From the NCBI GenBank assembly GCA_028023455.1, contig JAQFVV010000002.1:13640001-13704000 (forward strand): DNA of 64,000 nucleotides, in the 5' to 3' direction. This DNA is from Epiperipatus broadwayi (Eukaryota; Animalia; Onychophora). The translations under genes were made by a program, and so were the position numbers. A model generated the notes under the pieces. The model worked only from the letters and a program-made list of their open reading frames with translations, was not told the origin of the DNA and did no database searches. This document shows positions 1 through 13,363 of this stretch, piece after piece; positions within the stretch are counted from its first letter, which is position 1, and each line of letters opens with the position of its first letter.

Positions 1-700
1 GAATGAATATAAAATTTACACAAGAAGTATACCAGTTATTAAACATAGTGAAAAGAATAAAAAAATGTATTCCTTCATCGCGCAATTTATCAAAATCATT
101 AACTATTGTTATATGTCATACTAAAGGTATATTGGCAATGGTAAATGAAGAAAAAGTGACAGCATCATGTCTGATGCATCTATTGTACAAAAGCTAAAAA
201 TTATAGAGGCAAACTGACATAACTCAGTATAAATGAGAAAAATAAATAATAAACGAAATCAAATGAGATTGAGACCTCAAATAAACCTTAGTAACAGATT
301 TGATTCCTCCATCAGTAAACAAGCTTCTGTACATACCTTTATATTGATCTCTTTTATGAAAATAATGTGCTATAAAAACATGATCTGGCTGCTTCTTAAT
401 AAAAAAAGTTTTTGTATCAGAAATGAAAGATAACAATAAGAAACAACATTAGAATTCAGGTAATATAAATACTAAAAAAATATATTAATAAATACAGGAT
501 CAATTCCCCACATAATTAAAAAAGGCAATGCAATTAGTCATAAGAAAGTATTCGTGCAAAAGAAATATATATTGACAGATTATGCAATACAAGATTTTAA
601 ATCAGCTTATAATATGGTGAATTGGACTTATCTATTAGAAGTATCAAATCAATTAGCTTCAGAAACATAATTATTGTTACAAGCAATAAAAAACACTGTC
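1..700 (+). mobile_element. Highly decayed LINE (CR1/L2-like) endonuclease/tether remnant
   Basis: Frame-broken peptides such as ...MVNEEKVTASCLMHLLYK (resembles PTRVT...LIDHIYTN) and TDYAIQDFKSAYNMVNWTYLL resemble the APE C-terminus and tether of CR1/L2 ORF2; many stops. Confidence 0.3.
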
Positions 701-1234
701 GAAAAATAGTAAAAAATTATTTAAAATGTTATAAAACTCTGTCTTTGTTGTTTACTTCAATTCAATTACTAAAAAAATAAAACAAGCACATCTTTAGGAA
801 CATATATATTAATTACTGCTTTTGTAGCTGACTATTTATAATATTTCAAAGTACAAAAAATATTTAAGCTAAAAAAGAATATCTATGCTATCATGTATAC
901 TCTTAACTCCAAATTAGAGAATTCCTCTATTTAGCCTGCTAAATTAGCAATCAAGCAACATATAGAAGATACTCATCCAATTATCAAGACACAAAAAAAA
1001 ACTTTCTTAATTATATCCTAAGTACAGCAAAAACAAGGATTAACTAACATCTGAACAAAATAATAATAGAAAAACAATGGCTTTTACGACAATTAAGCTT
1101 TATCATATTACCCATATCAAGATTTTCAATGCAAAAGCAATGAAAACAATAGTTTATTATACACCCTGATTATAATCTACTTAAGGTTTATCAATCATTG
1201 ATTGCAAAAAAAAAAAAATGCATCTGAGAAAATT

Positions 1235-1380
1235 TGTATTATATGTTGGACTATTTCCATTATCTAATCAAATTATTAAATGTTTTTAGAAAAATTCAGT
1301 TAGGTGATGGAAATAGTCCATAATTACATATAAAATTCTTATTAAAGAAATTCTTAGTATATATTATTTCTCTCAATAAG
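1235..1380. mobile_element. Head-to-head remnant of PLE terminal repeat (pLTR)
   Basis: ggactatttccattatcta (~1248-1266) is the reverse complement (17/19) of taggtgatggaaatagtcc (~1301-1319); the same motif is in the PLE 3' ends at 4699, 33281 and 51515. Confidence 0.45.
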
Positions 1381-1578
1381 AGAAATTTTCTACATAATAG
1401 CACTCTACATTACTATAATACAAATTAAACATGTTAAACCACTGATATCAGAAATCCATTTAAGAAACAGGATAATAAAATTCAGATTTTCATTTTTCAG
1501 TGAACTAATCATAACTTTTTGATGTACAGGATGAATTTATGTGTGCATTCTCTAAATACAAAGTTTAAAGAAAATAAA

Positions 1579-1672
1579 GCATTGGCGACCTAGCAGTTAG
1601 CATAGCTATAGCTGCCCTCCAAGCAGCTGGCCCAGGTTTGCTTCCCAGTCAACGCTTTGACATATAAAAAAT
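1579..1672 (+). mobile_element. tRNA-Gly-derived short SINE copy (TCC loop)
   Basis: GCATTGG...GCTGCCCTCCAAGCAGCTGGCCCAGGTTTGCTTCCCAGTCAACGC aligns to eukaryotic tRNA-Gly(TCC); followed by the family tail TTTGAC and an A-rich tract. Confidence 0.75.
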
Positions 1673-3334
1673 AATAATACATTGGAAAAGAAAATTCTGG
1701 GAATGTTCCATGAACTATCTATATTCTGTTCCAAGCCCTTCTCATGTATAAAGAATATAGCATATAAAAACACATTTTGCTGACAAGCCTTGATTATAAT
1801 ACAATAAGTTTTGTTTATTGCACTATAAATGTATTATTGTACTATAAATAGTACAGTGTTTTTTAACATGCATATTGTAAGCTTTATCCATAAAGCTAAA
1901 TATCCAGCTACGTAAATGTTCAGTATTTAAAAAAAAAAAAATTCAATAAGTTAATTTCTATAGTAAACCAATTTGTTAGAGCTGTTAATACATCCTACGA
2001 GTCATTTTATAAGAACTTTTAATAAGAGTTTTAATTGCCTTAAAAATTATTTTAATATCTTGTTCTAATTCTTTAAGTTCATATGTATTTGTAGATAACT
2101 TTAAATTGCTTAGTTTAGGGATACCTTTATCCTAAATATTAATGAGTTAATATTGGAAAAATATTAAGAGTTAAAACTACTTTAATATGGATACTAATGT
2201 GTAAAAATCAATGGTAGAGTTAAACTTTAAAGCTAAATTTGAATCTTCAATGCTCATTGTTAATGATTAAATTATTTGCTCATAAAAATGCAATTTAAGT
2301 TGTTTACTAATAAAAAATATATTTTTAATGCCAATAATAATAAAATTAATCCAGTCCAGTATATTTAACCCTAGTTAATTGAATAAGATGAAGAATTAAT
2401 TTATTAGTAAAAGCTATTAGTTTCAAATAAAGAAAGCAGTCATGAATGTGTAAATGTGCTTAATTATAAATTCTATTTTAACTTCCTTATTGTAATATTA
2501 AAAGTCATTATTAAATATTTATTTTAAAAAGTCTTATTACAAAAATATATTCTATGAGCTTCACATTTATTAAATATTGTATATGATTGTTTAAAAAAAA
2601 ATGTAAATCAATGTTCTATTTAAAATAAGGTAGTTCATTATATAATATTTTGTTTTATTTTCATTGTAATAATTTTTAATTTTATAGATAATTGTCTTAA
2701 AATGTAACATTTTAATTAAAGTCTAGACAATTATGTAAATGAGTTTACTTTTAGCTATGACTCCCAGGATACCAGTTTATCTTTAAATTTTAATCAATTA
2801 AGATCAAGGAAGGGGTTGATCTAAGTGTCAACTTCATCCAACAAAATCAGCCACATGATTAGCAATATAAATAGAGAAAGAGTTGCACACATGAGCTTAC
2901 TTTAATATTTTCTATTTGACTTGGGTAATTTTACTGGGGAAATTTACTTGTTTAATAATTAATTTTTATTGCATGTAATTGTTTATAAAAAAATTTATTT
3001 GCTTAAAGTTAAACATGGTTTATTAACTAATTTTCTCCAGGCTCAGAAATTCTAAGCTGAAATTAATAAAGCAAGTTTAAAGTCTACATAGCAAAGAAAC
3101 ATAATGGAAATTTTAAATAAATATTTAACAATAATTGTTAAGTTATTTCTATACAAATTGTATACTTTGAGGGAATTTTCCATAATTCATCATTATTAAG
3201 TAAGAACTTTTATTTGTATATTGGACTATTGCCATCATCTACTATGAGTATTAAATGTATGTAGAAAAATTTAACTCTATTTAAGTATTCCAAATACAGT
3301 CAACTGTTAGTAATAGCACATAGATTAGTATATG

Positions 3335-3374
3335 CACAATGTTTCAAGAGGTATTATTCTTTTTTCTTCAGGTG
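3335..3374 (-). ncRNA. Minimal PLE-type hammerhead ribozyme, decayed
   Basis: Minus strand CAC-CTGAAGA-AAAAAGAATAATACCTCTT-GAAACATT-GTG: helix I CAC/GTG, core CUGAAGA and GAAA; GAAACATT reads as CpG-decayed GAAACGTT; homolog at 33151-33187. Confidence 0.5.
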
Positions 3375-3402
3375 TTGCTGGCCTGACCAGTGATAGTACC
3401 AC

Positions 3403-3489
3403 CATGGGAATCTAACCTAGACCTTTAGATTCTTTGAGTATTGAATTTTAAGGTAATGCTCTAACTAACTGAGCCAACCTGCCAAAGGT
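3403..3489 (-). promoter_or_regulatory. tRNA(Phe)-like Pol III A/B-box cassette inside the PLE pLTR
   Basis: TGGCTCAGTTAGTTAGAGC (A box) ... GAATCTAAAGGTCTAGGTTAGATTCCC (B box); homologs at 4538-4612, 33039-33123, 51220-51290 and 51288-51375. Confidence 0.65.
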
Positions 3490-5138
3490 AACAATCAGAA
3501 ATTTCATATATTTATCTATGAGGTACTTTCTGATTTCTCACTTTTTTCTAAGAACAAAGTTGATTACTGGTTTCCATACATTATATATAGTCACACTAGG
3601 TTGACTAATGGGATTGTTTGCTATTGTTATGTGAGCAGTTTCTTTAAAATTTATTCTTTGTACATTTTCTTCTCTAGCCAATATTTTTGGATATTGCCAA
3701 TTGAACATGCTCATTGGAACATACATGGTCTGCTACCTTAGTCACATCTGTTTTCTCTCTTCTAATCATCAATTTGTGTTCTTGCAAGCACTTTTTAATG
3801 GGACAACTGGTCTTACCAATATAGGTTTTTTCACATTAACATGGTATTTCATAAATGCAGTTTTTTTCTTTTCAGCATTTCAAGTTTAGGCTTTGTGGAT
3901 GTTAGAATTCCTCATAGTGTAGTATGGATCTGGAAAGCTGTTCTGATGTTATACTGATTGCAGATTTCCCCCAATTTGACTATTTTTGGTATGTATGGGT
4001 ACACTATAGTATCAATAATTGTTTTTTTCTTTTGATGGTTTTTTTTGTTATCTAAGGTTTTCTTAATAACAGTGTAACATCAGAACAGCTTTCCAGAGCC
4101 ATATGACATTACAGGAAAATATAACATCTACGAAGCCTAAACATGAAAAGCTGAAAAGAAAAACTGCATCCATGAAATAACCTGTGAATGTGGAAAAATC
4201 TATATTGGTGAGACCAGTTTCCCATTAAAAAGTGCTTGCAAGAACATACTTATGATTAGAAGAGAGAAAACTGATGTATCTAAGATAGAAGATCATGTAT
4301 GTAACAATGAATATATGTTCAATTGGGAAAATACAAAAATATTGGATAGAGAAGAAAAGGTACAAAGAAGAAAATTTAAAGAAGCTGTTCACATGACAAT
4401 GACAAACAATTCCATAAGACAACCTAGGGTGATAATACATAATGTATGGAAACCATTAATCAACTTTGCTCTTAGGAAAAAGTGGAGAAATCAGGAGGGA
4501 CCTCATATATATCTATATGAAATTGCTACTGACTGTTGCCTTTGGTAGGATAGCTCAGGTGGTTAGAGCATTACCTTAAAATTTAATACTCAAAGAATCT
4601 AAAGGTCCAGGTCAGGCCAGCAACACCTGAAGAAGAGAGAATCTATTTGGAATATTTAAATAAAGTTAAATTTTTCTAAAGACATTCAATACTCATATTA
4701 GATGATGGAAATAGTCCAACATATAAATACAACTAAAACCCCATCATCACAAAGCTTCAGGAAAAGAAGTATTATTAATTTTTATTTTCTCATTAATAGT
4801 AGATATTATTGGTTTAATGTTTTATATACTGGAATATTAAAGCTGTTAAAATTTTTATATTATTTTTGGTATTTTAAAGCAGTTCTTAATTGTGTAAAAA
4901 TGATTGTGCTCAAAATATTATGATATGCTGAGAATGAGAAGATTGTTAAAAGACTCTAAAGTGTTTAAATATTCTTCAGCAATATATATTTTAAAAAATG
5001 TTTTTGTTTTAAAATTGTTCATATCTCTAAATAATGGTTTTCTTTGAAGTTGTTCATCTTTAAGTGAATAGACTTTTAAATTTTAAATAGCAGAAACTAT
5101 TTATTGGTAATGGAATTTTAATAAATTTGGTAATCAAG

Positions 5139-5535
5139 TATTTACCTTGCAATGACGTATTTCGCCTGAAGGCTCACATCCGATATTTGCGTCGTCGGAA
5201 GAACACATCAACATTGTCATGGCAACGAAGACACTGACATGACTAATTCTAGAAATTTTATTTTTTGTTACATATTTACCTTGCAATGATGTATTTCGCC
5301 TGAATGCTCACATCCGATATTTGCGTCGTCGGAAGAACACATCAACGTTGTCATGGCAACGAAGACACTGACATGACTAATTTTAGAAATTTTATTTTTT
5401 GTTACATATTTACCTTGCAATGACATATTTCGCCTGAATGCTCACATCCGATATTTGCGTCGTCGGAAGAACACATCAACGTTGTCATGGCAACGAAGAC
5501 ACTGACATGACTAATTCTAGAAATTTTATTTTTTG
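5139..5535. repeat. 134-bp tandem repeat, ~3 copies
   Basis: tttaccttgc starts at 5141, 5275 and 5409; copies nearly identical; more GC- and CpG-rich than flanks. Confidence 0.95.
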
Positions 5536-7134
5536 AAATAACTTCTTTATTTGCATATCATTATTATAGCAGCAGAATGGAAATTACTAGTTCACAAAAC
5601 TTTGTCTTATATCTATTTCAGACTAGATTCAGGTAAGATATTTTCTAAGTCAATGGAATTAAGACTGTTGACTTAAGCTATTGTTCCAAAAATGTATTAC
5701 ATGACTATGCACTTTTAAAAATAAAATTCTAAAATATTAATAGAATATTTGTACAAAATTGTCACTATTACTTTAAATTATTGTTTGTACAAAATAACTG
5801 GAACAAGTTATATCTATATGAATGAAACTTAAAGGCTCCTAAATTATTAATTTTTATTTAAATTTATCATGCATTTATTCTATTTCTTATAAATCTGCTC
5901 TACTATATCTCATCATTATCATTATTAGTAATTTCAAATGCTCCTTGTGTTTTAACGTCAACATGCATTTAAAAAGTAGGTAATAAAAAGTATAGATGCA
6001 TCATTATTATCTGTGCTTTATTTTAAAATATTCTTCATGAAATTTGAATGGCTGTTGGTGTATTTTGTGCTTATGTTCATTACTTATTGGTAATATTCAA
6101 ATGCTGTACAAATATTTTAAAATTGCTGTGTTTTAACAAGTAGGAGAAATTTTTAGCATTTGCAGAATGGTAATTACAGAGACTATCCTGTAGAATGGTG
6201 ATTTTTGGTAAACTGGATATAATTATTATGCTATTGTAATTTATATGTTTTTTATGATTTTTTTCAAATATAATTTTATAAATTATTTGTAAGTGAATTA
6301 TCTAGAAGTTCACAGAAAATTGATCTTTTCATAACACTGTATTTTAAAGTGTTATTCATCCCTTAACATGAGTTATTTATTTATTTGAATGTATATGATA
6401 ATGCTGAATAAATTGAAGATTAGTGTATATTCTTATTGCTTACTTTATGCCATGCTTTTATTAAGCCAGATTTGGAAAATAATTTTTACATTATCAGTTT
6501 ACACATTAGTTAATTACTATAGTATTGTTTAAGACATGGTAGTATTAGATACTCTTTTGTTTTTTATTGTACATTCTTATCTTGCCTTTGTTTTTGTATT
6601 TTTCCAAGAGATTGTAGCTTTATCTTTCTCTTGTGGAAATTTCTTTTGCTAGCATATGTTTGTAAAGAGATTGTAGATGTGTCTTTCATAATATTGTAAT
6701 ATATTTCATGAATCATACCTTTTGTGTCTCTTATTGAGCATGAAATGCTTTATTTAAGGCAATTATTAGTGTTCCTACTGTATTTTGATGATTCATTCTC
6801 ATTGTTTTTATGTTTATAAACTTAAGTCCTAACATATATTATTGCCCTTTTGGGTTCATCCCATGGTTCATTTTGCATTGCCTTATTTATCTTTAAATTG
6901 TGAATAAATTATACCATGTACTTTTTATATAAAGTCATGAGTGGTATACCATGTGACTATATATTTTTTGACAAGTAATATAGTAGTTAATTCTGAGGAA
7001 TGTCATCTTTCTCTTCTGTGTACTGTTTAATATTCTGAGTGTAAATAGTTGAATATTCTTGATATGTTGCTTTGCTTTGCCAGTATTATAAAGTGTAAAA
7101 CTGATAAACATTTATTTTATAAATTAAAATTATA

Positions 7135-7234
7135 ATTTTTTTTTCCCTCAGGTGTCATAGCATTGGCCGGGACGCGAACCCGCAACCCAAGCAAGTGCTT
7201 GTAAGGCAGTCGCTGACCTCTCGACCACCAATGC
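7135..7234 (-). mobile_element. tRNA-Gly-derived SINE copy (TAC loop)
   Basis: Body 7160-7234: GCATTGG/CCAATGC acceptor, GTCG/CGAC D-stem, loop CTTACAA, T-loop TTCGCGT; tail TATGACACCTGAGGGA8. Confidence 0.75.
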
Positions 7235-8159
7235 AATATACATTTCCTTCAGTTTTTATTTCATTGTTGGATTGATAAGTCCTGTTTAAGGTTTAAATAT
7301 ACCCATTTTAGGGACAATAGAACTATATGATTGTATTGTAAGAATGGAAAACTTCTTGTTATAATGTTAATATTGAGAAAGGTTTTCATTAATAAGACAA
7401 TAATAATAATTTTCATTATTATTTAATTTGGTACTTTGGTATTAGACTTGCAACATGGAGCATATATTAGACATACTGCACCTTTTTTATTCATATAAAC
7501 CTGCTGATAACTTTGTAATCTTGTGATCTGACCAAAATAATATGTCCATGGATCTTATACATGATATTTTTAGCAAAGTTTTCCAAAAAAAGTAACATGT
7601 GCATGGATCTTATACATGATATTTTGGCAAGATTTACAAAGTTACTGGGAAGTTGATATGAATGTGAAAAGGCATAGTAGGTCTAATACTAAAAGTAAAA
7701 AAATAATAAACATATTTATCATTTTCAACAACAAATGTATGATTTTGAACAAGAAATTCAAATATGTACGACTTTCACCCTAACAACTTTTAAGAACGAC
7801 ATTTGAAATAAAATAAAAAAGTGATTTGCAATCTTAATAAAATGACGCAATTATGAAAAAAAATGTACTTTAAATACACACTAAACAAACAGTAAATGAT
7901 TTTGGTTTTCAAATAATATTTATAAAATCATTAACTATACGCATATGATACTTACTGTGTAATATATAACAGGAATTGTCACCTTGAAACAAAAGATTTC
8001 AAATGTATTATTACCCAGAAAATGGTGATCTCTACTAAAAAATTTCCCTCTGAAAATGTAGCATGTGATTTCAACTGAAATGTTAATGAACATATTTTTT
8101 TTATAAACAAATTAAACCCAAAAAAAAACCCAATAAAAACACATATTAAGACTTATTAG

Positions 8160-8445
8160 CTCATGTTTTCCTCATTCTGTAGAACTTAATTTGCAAGCCC
8201 AACAAGTACATGAATCGGATCGCGATTAGGATAGAAATTCTTGAACCTTCCAACCACATTCCCTTATGAATGCCAGTTTTACTGTTGCAATCTCAGACAT
8301 TAAAATGCCATTGCTTGTCCAAGGTGTGCATGTAAAAGGTCATATTATGTCCATTTGGATATAGTTTTACTGATGGCAGGATGCCTTGTTGTTGAAAATA
8401 GAGCACGGCATCCATTTTGATAGTTGGTAATTTCCAAATATTCAT
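8160..8445 (-). pseudogene. Merlin/IS1595-like (ISXO2-type) transposase N-terminal remnant
   Basis: MNIWKLPTIKMDAVLYFQQQGILPSVKLYPNGHNM...WHFNV*DCNSKTGIHKGMWLEGSRISILIAIRFMY matches the arthropod Merlin-type pattern (GILP..CPNGH.M..W.C..C..RKG.W.EGSR); internal stop. Confidence 0.6.
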
Positions 8446-11399
8446 AATTTTTTAGCAATAGAAATAAATAAAATATAAATTAAAATTATAATGTAATGTA
8501 ATGTCTGTTTTCAGAAAAAAATCTGGACATTAACTGAAAATGTTGAAGTATTTCAAAAAAAAAAAAGATCACGTTGATAAAGAAAAATACATTTCCACAA
8601 GTATATTCATAGGATTTATTTTCTTTCAATTTGACATCATTACGACATTACACATTTATTATCAGTGTGAAAAAACCTCCTATTTCCCTTATGTTTCAGG
8701 ACTAACACCAAAGTACCTTTAATCTGTCAATTTAATTTATTTTATCCGTTAACTTTAAAAAAATCATATTTTTTCTCTGTATTGAATTGTATAGTAGAAT
8801 GTTATCTGTTTAATGTCTTTATTGTTAAAATAAATGTTTTCATTGTTAATTTTGTTTTCATAATCTTTCTATCATTATCTATATGTATTGTGCAGAAATC
8901 TTAATATTATAAAATCTATTATGGAGTTATCTTTTATATCGAACATTAAGAGTACATGAACATATGAAATTCCACAATCACTTTGTTAAAATTGGTTTGA
9001 AGATGTTAAGAAAGCATCTAAGAAATGAATTATTCATTTTCTTAATTATCATGTGATCACTTTATAAGGGTAAATAATAAAATTATTTATCTCAAATCCA
9101 CAAAGAAAAATTTAGAAGTTATTAGTAGGTATCCTGAGTGACCATAAAATCCCTTATCCACTCATTATTCTTGAATGCTATCCTGGTAAATTCTTTTATT
9201 CCAAATTAAGAGTTTTTCATGTATTTATTTTAAGTAAAATATTTTCTTTAAAATTTATTATTATTGTAAGTTGGTTGGAAATTATTTTAAGAATAAAAGT
9301 ATGTCCTCCCATATTATTACTAGAGTTTCATTCATTGCCTAATAATCTTTAAATGAAAAGAGTAAATTTTTATATTATAAAATTTTAATTACAGAGCCCT
9401 AAGATTTTAATTTACAGAAATGACTATTAAAGAAATTATTTTGCAAAAGAAAATTAATCTTAAGAGGTAATATGATTTAAATATAAGAAACATAATTATT
9501 TATCAAAAGAGATAAATGTGGATCTGATTATGGCATTGAGATGCTGGTGATAGTTATTAGAAATGATATAGTTGAAAAAGATGTTTAAAAAAGTTTTAAT
9601 ATAACTAATCATTCCATGATATATGCTTCCAATATTTCTCCTTGTAATGTGTAAGAATGAGTTGAGACTTATCCTCCTCTTAAAATTTGCTAAATGTTAT
9701 ATATTATATTTACAGTGTTTATTAATTGGTATTATTATCATTGCAGCTTCTTTTTATTGTAGCATATAGCATTTAATAGTCACTCTGAGTTGAGTCATAA
9801 TAGTTTTTTTATAATGATTATTTCAATTCCTTTCTATTTTAGGTTATAATATATATATATATTGTGATGGTACAGATTTCAGGGGATTGAAGCTGATGAC
9901 CCTCATCATCATCACTCCATGTACTACAAAATGTAAATACAAAATTAAATATAATAAGGAATAGAGATCAACACACTATTAACTAAGTAACTATAAGTTC
10001 ACCAGCATTACACAAGAGTAATACTCATTCATCATCATGAATGATCAACAATAAAAGAAATCAACAATCAATCTTGTGATTTGATTTGAAATAGATCTAC
10101 TATAGACCAGGCTAATTATTTAACCCCTGCCAGCTTGAGGCAGATTATTTAACATTAATTTGGATGTACAAACTTAAGTGCTAATCCATAACAACTAAAA
10201 ATAATGCTGTGATACTAAAACATGCTAATCATCATCATTGTTCTTGCCACTTGGGGTCATTAATGTCCTGACCAACTACAAACTTAATTTCTAATAAATA
10301 CTAAACTAAATAAAATGTAGTACATGGACTTTAAAGGATATCCCTTTTGCATCAATCCAGAATTATCATAAACTGGATGTCCATAAACACTAAATATAAA
10401 ACCCCTTTTATATAACTGATTATTATGCATGAATCTAGTTCAGGAACAAAGCTCTATAACTGTTACTGTAAATAAAAGATATAATACAACATATAATAAT
10501 TTATAATATTTTAGGATTAAATAAATTTACTGGAATTATTTTAACAATGAAATATCAATTTATTAATAACAATTAAAATGAAATTAAGATCTGCTAACTA
10601 TGCTATAAATATAAATTTGGCATTATAATTTTGATTAATATACAATTGGGTTTACATAAAACACTTATATATAAACAAAGACATGTAATACAAAAATTTA
10701 TGAACATATAATAAATGATTAATTTTAACATACATTTGTCTATCTGACACACATTCATATAAGCACACAGACATGCCATAACATATGGGTATTGTCATAT
10801 AATAATAAAAAATAAGTTATCATATTTTAATGATACATAAAGACTGATTTAACATATGTGTGTGTGCATGGAAATGTTTGCACATACTAACATTTATTTG
10901 CCAAAATAATAAAATTATTAAAAATATATTTTTCACAATTAATCTCATGTTGAAAATATACATAAAATTAACACGTGTGGATATATAAAAAATAATATGA
11001 ATCGGGTATTAATTCATTCATTACCAAATGGTAAACAAAAAAAGTTTTTCTTTTCTTGTTTTTTAAAGAAATAATATCACATCTTTGACAGGTTACTCTT
11101 GACTAAATTTCTTAAAAAAATACTCCAGCAAATTTTTTTTTTCTAATCTAAAAATTTTTTTGAAGATTATTTTCAATTTCAAAATAAAATTTGTTTTTTT
11201 TTTTTAGACTTTTAATTCAAGCAAAAGTTGTTTACTTGTTTTGCTTTTAAATTATAGATTTTAAATGTCATTTTCAAGGAATCATTTAAAATAACTCACC
11301 AGTGGCACTTTATATAATCAACACATCATGTTTATCTGTGGTTTTCTGCATATAAATAAAAGCATATGTATAACTAATTTTCAACAAGCTGATGGCCTC

Positions 11400-11800
11400 T
11401 CTGGGTAAACTGGTTTCTTTTAAACAATAGACTGGGATTGTCATTTTCAGGAAAGATATAATTCTTATTATTACTGGCCTGTAGTGAGATCCCTTCAGTC
11501 TCTATGCTGACTAATACATATATATATATATATATATAAGGCTATGAATACATAGAAGCTGGGCAGCTTCCATATGAATACAAACTCTATTGTAGTGAAC
11601 TAGTAGCAGCAGCTAAATCCACTGCCTTGCCTTTAGTTCTATTTTCATTGTGGTTATTCTGTTACCATCTGTAAAACTGTAAAAACTCTTCTAATCTTTT
11701 TTTCCAATCCTTTTATAGTCAGGCTGGGGGGGGGGGAGTTAATGATTCTTTTCCAACATAATTCTTTGAAAAACAACTCTGTGAAACTTCATCAAGATAT
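11400..11800 (-). mobile_element. Possible LINE RNase H remnant
   Basis: FTDGNR...KGKAVDLAAAT...MEAAQLL across frames resembles RNase H motifs FTDGS and AELxAI; very decayed. Confidence 0.25.
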
Positions 11801-12736
11801 GTTATACAAGCATTAATTACAAAAAATTTTCTAATCAAAATAGTGGAATTTTATAATTACCAGTATATCTATTGTAACCCAAAAACATGCTTGTTTTAAT
11901 TTCAAAATCAAAATTAATAAAATATTAATTAGACCTTTTTAAATGTTTAATTTATAATATTTTTTTAATTCAAAATTATTTAATCCTTAACCATTATTCC
12001 AATATAATATATAAAATATCTACAAAAATTTTTTGACTGTATTTATTTCTATTTTTCCTTTCAACTTTATATATATATATATATACACTCTACTATGTGA
12101 TTGTATGTTATAAGACATATAATGTTCTCAATATTTATATATTATATTCAATGTTTTCATAGTTATATGATGTAAATAAAGTAGTTTTGGAGTTAAACTG
12201 CATCTTATTTTTGAACACTTCTCAAAATTTTGATGAAATAGCATCCCCCATTGTCAAGGTTAACTTTTTAAAAAAAAACTGTTAGATATCAAATAGCATC
12301 AAGATTGAGAATGAGGTAAAGAATGAGGATGAGTATGAAGTAGTTAAGCATTCAAAATATAATTTAAACAAATTTTAAAAAAAATTATAATGTTATTAAT
12401 AACAAATTGAAAAAGCAAATTTATATATATACAGCACTGAGTATGTGTGTTTAATTTTTCACAATTCTGTTTCATCATAATTAATACCTGTTCCAGAATT
12501 TTTTGCCTCAATATTTTTTTAAAATTCTAATGAAAACATAGAAGTTTTATTATCAGCAGATGCATCTTTAATACTTTTAAGAATGTAATGGTTTTGAAAT
12601 CTATACAACCATCCCCTATTTGCAGTGAATAGTTTGTAATTATATGATCCAGATTCACAGCTAAATTCTTCATAGAAACAAGTCTTTCTGATGCAATACA
12701 AGATCATCAAGTGGAATGTTCTTATGATTCTTATCA

Positions 12737-12844
12737 TTTTTTTTCATATGTCAAAGCATCGGCCGAGAAGTGAACCTGCGACAACTGTCTGCAAGCAACT
12801 GCTTGCTTGCAAGGCAGCTGCGCTGACTTCTTGGTTACCAATGC
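12737..12844 (-). mobile_element. tRNA-Gly-derived SINE copy (TGC loop) with 17-bp TSD
   Basis: Body 12756-12844, tail TTTGACATATGA8; flanking direct repeats tatgattcttatcattt (12723-12739) and tatgactcttatcattt (12850-12866), 16/17 identical. Confidence 0.75.
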
Positions 12845-13329
12845 CTGACTATGACTCTTATCATTTAACCTAAGATTTAAGGCTTTTCCATTTTAATCTA
12901 AAAATTCTCTCTCATTTTAATTATAACTTTAGCTTTTTCAAGGCCACAGGAATTTGTTTTTTATAATTTCTCTCATTGACTCGTTCTTTTGAAGCAATTT
13001 CACTAAGACTTTGATTTTTTTTTTCATTAAATATTTTCTTTTTGTATTTAATAAAAGTGTCTTATAACTTTTTTAGGATTTATTGTTCATTGTACTACAA
13101 TACATTTTAAAATAAGCTAATACAAACTGTATATAAAGCTATTTGAAGAAAAAAAACACAAAGAAAAAATGTTATAACTGAAACACAGGCTTATTCTATA
13201 CCTGTGTCTATATATGTAATATATAGGGTATATGAGCACAGACTTTCAGATGACCCATCACTCTCCACTCTATCTAATAACACTGATACACTCAAGCACA
13301 TATATGCTGATAAGATAAATAATCACCAA

Positions 13330-13363
13330 TATATGTATTTCATGCTAAACCAGCAATCATCAG
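13330..13363 (-). ncRNA. Type I hammerhead ribozyme core (family B), catalytic nucleotides intact
   Basis: ACCAA-CTGATGA-T-TGCT(GGTTT)AGCA-T-GAAA-TACATAT-A-TTGGT: helix I ACCAA/TTGGT, helix II 4 bp, helix III ATA/TAT, predicted AUA cleavage. Confidence 0.75.

Larger units (their letters stand above)
3180..4830. mobile_element. Penelope-like element 3' end (GIY-YIG + pLTR) in two head-to-head copies
   Basis: Minus arm ~3180-4067 and plus arm ~4068-4830 are reverse-complementary; plus arm encodes TCECGKIYIGET and ...NWENTKILDREEKVQRRKFKEAVHM (ORF 4252-4548), typical of PLE GIY-YIG; homologous to 32400-33350. Confidence 0.85.
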
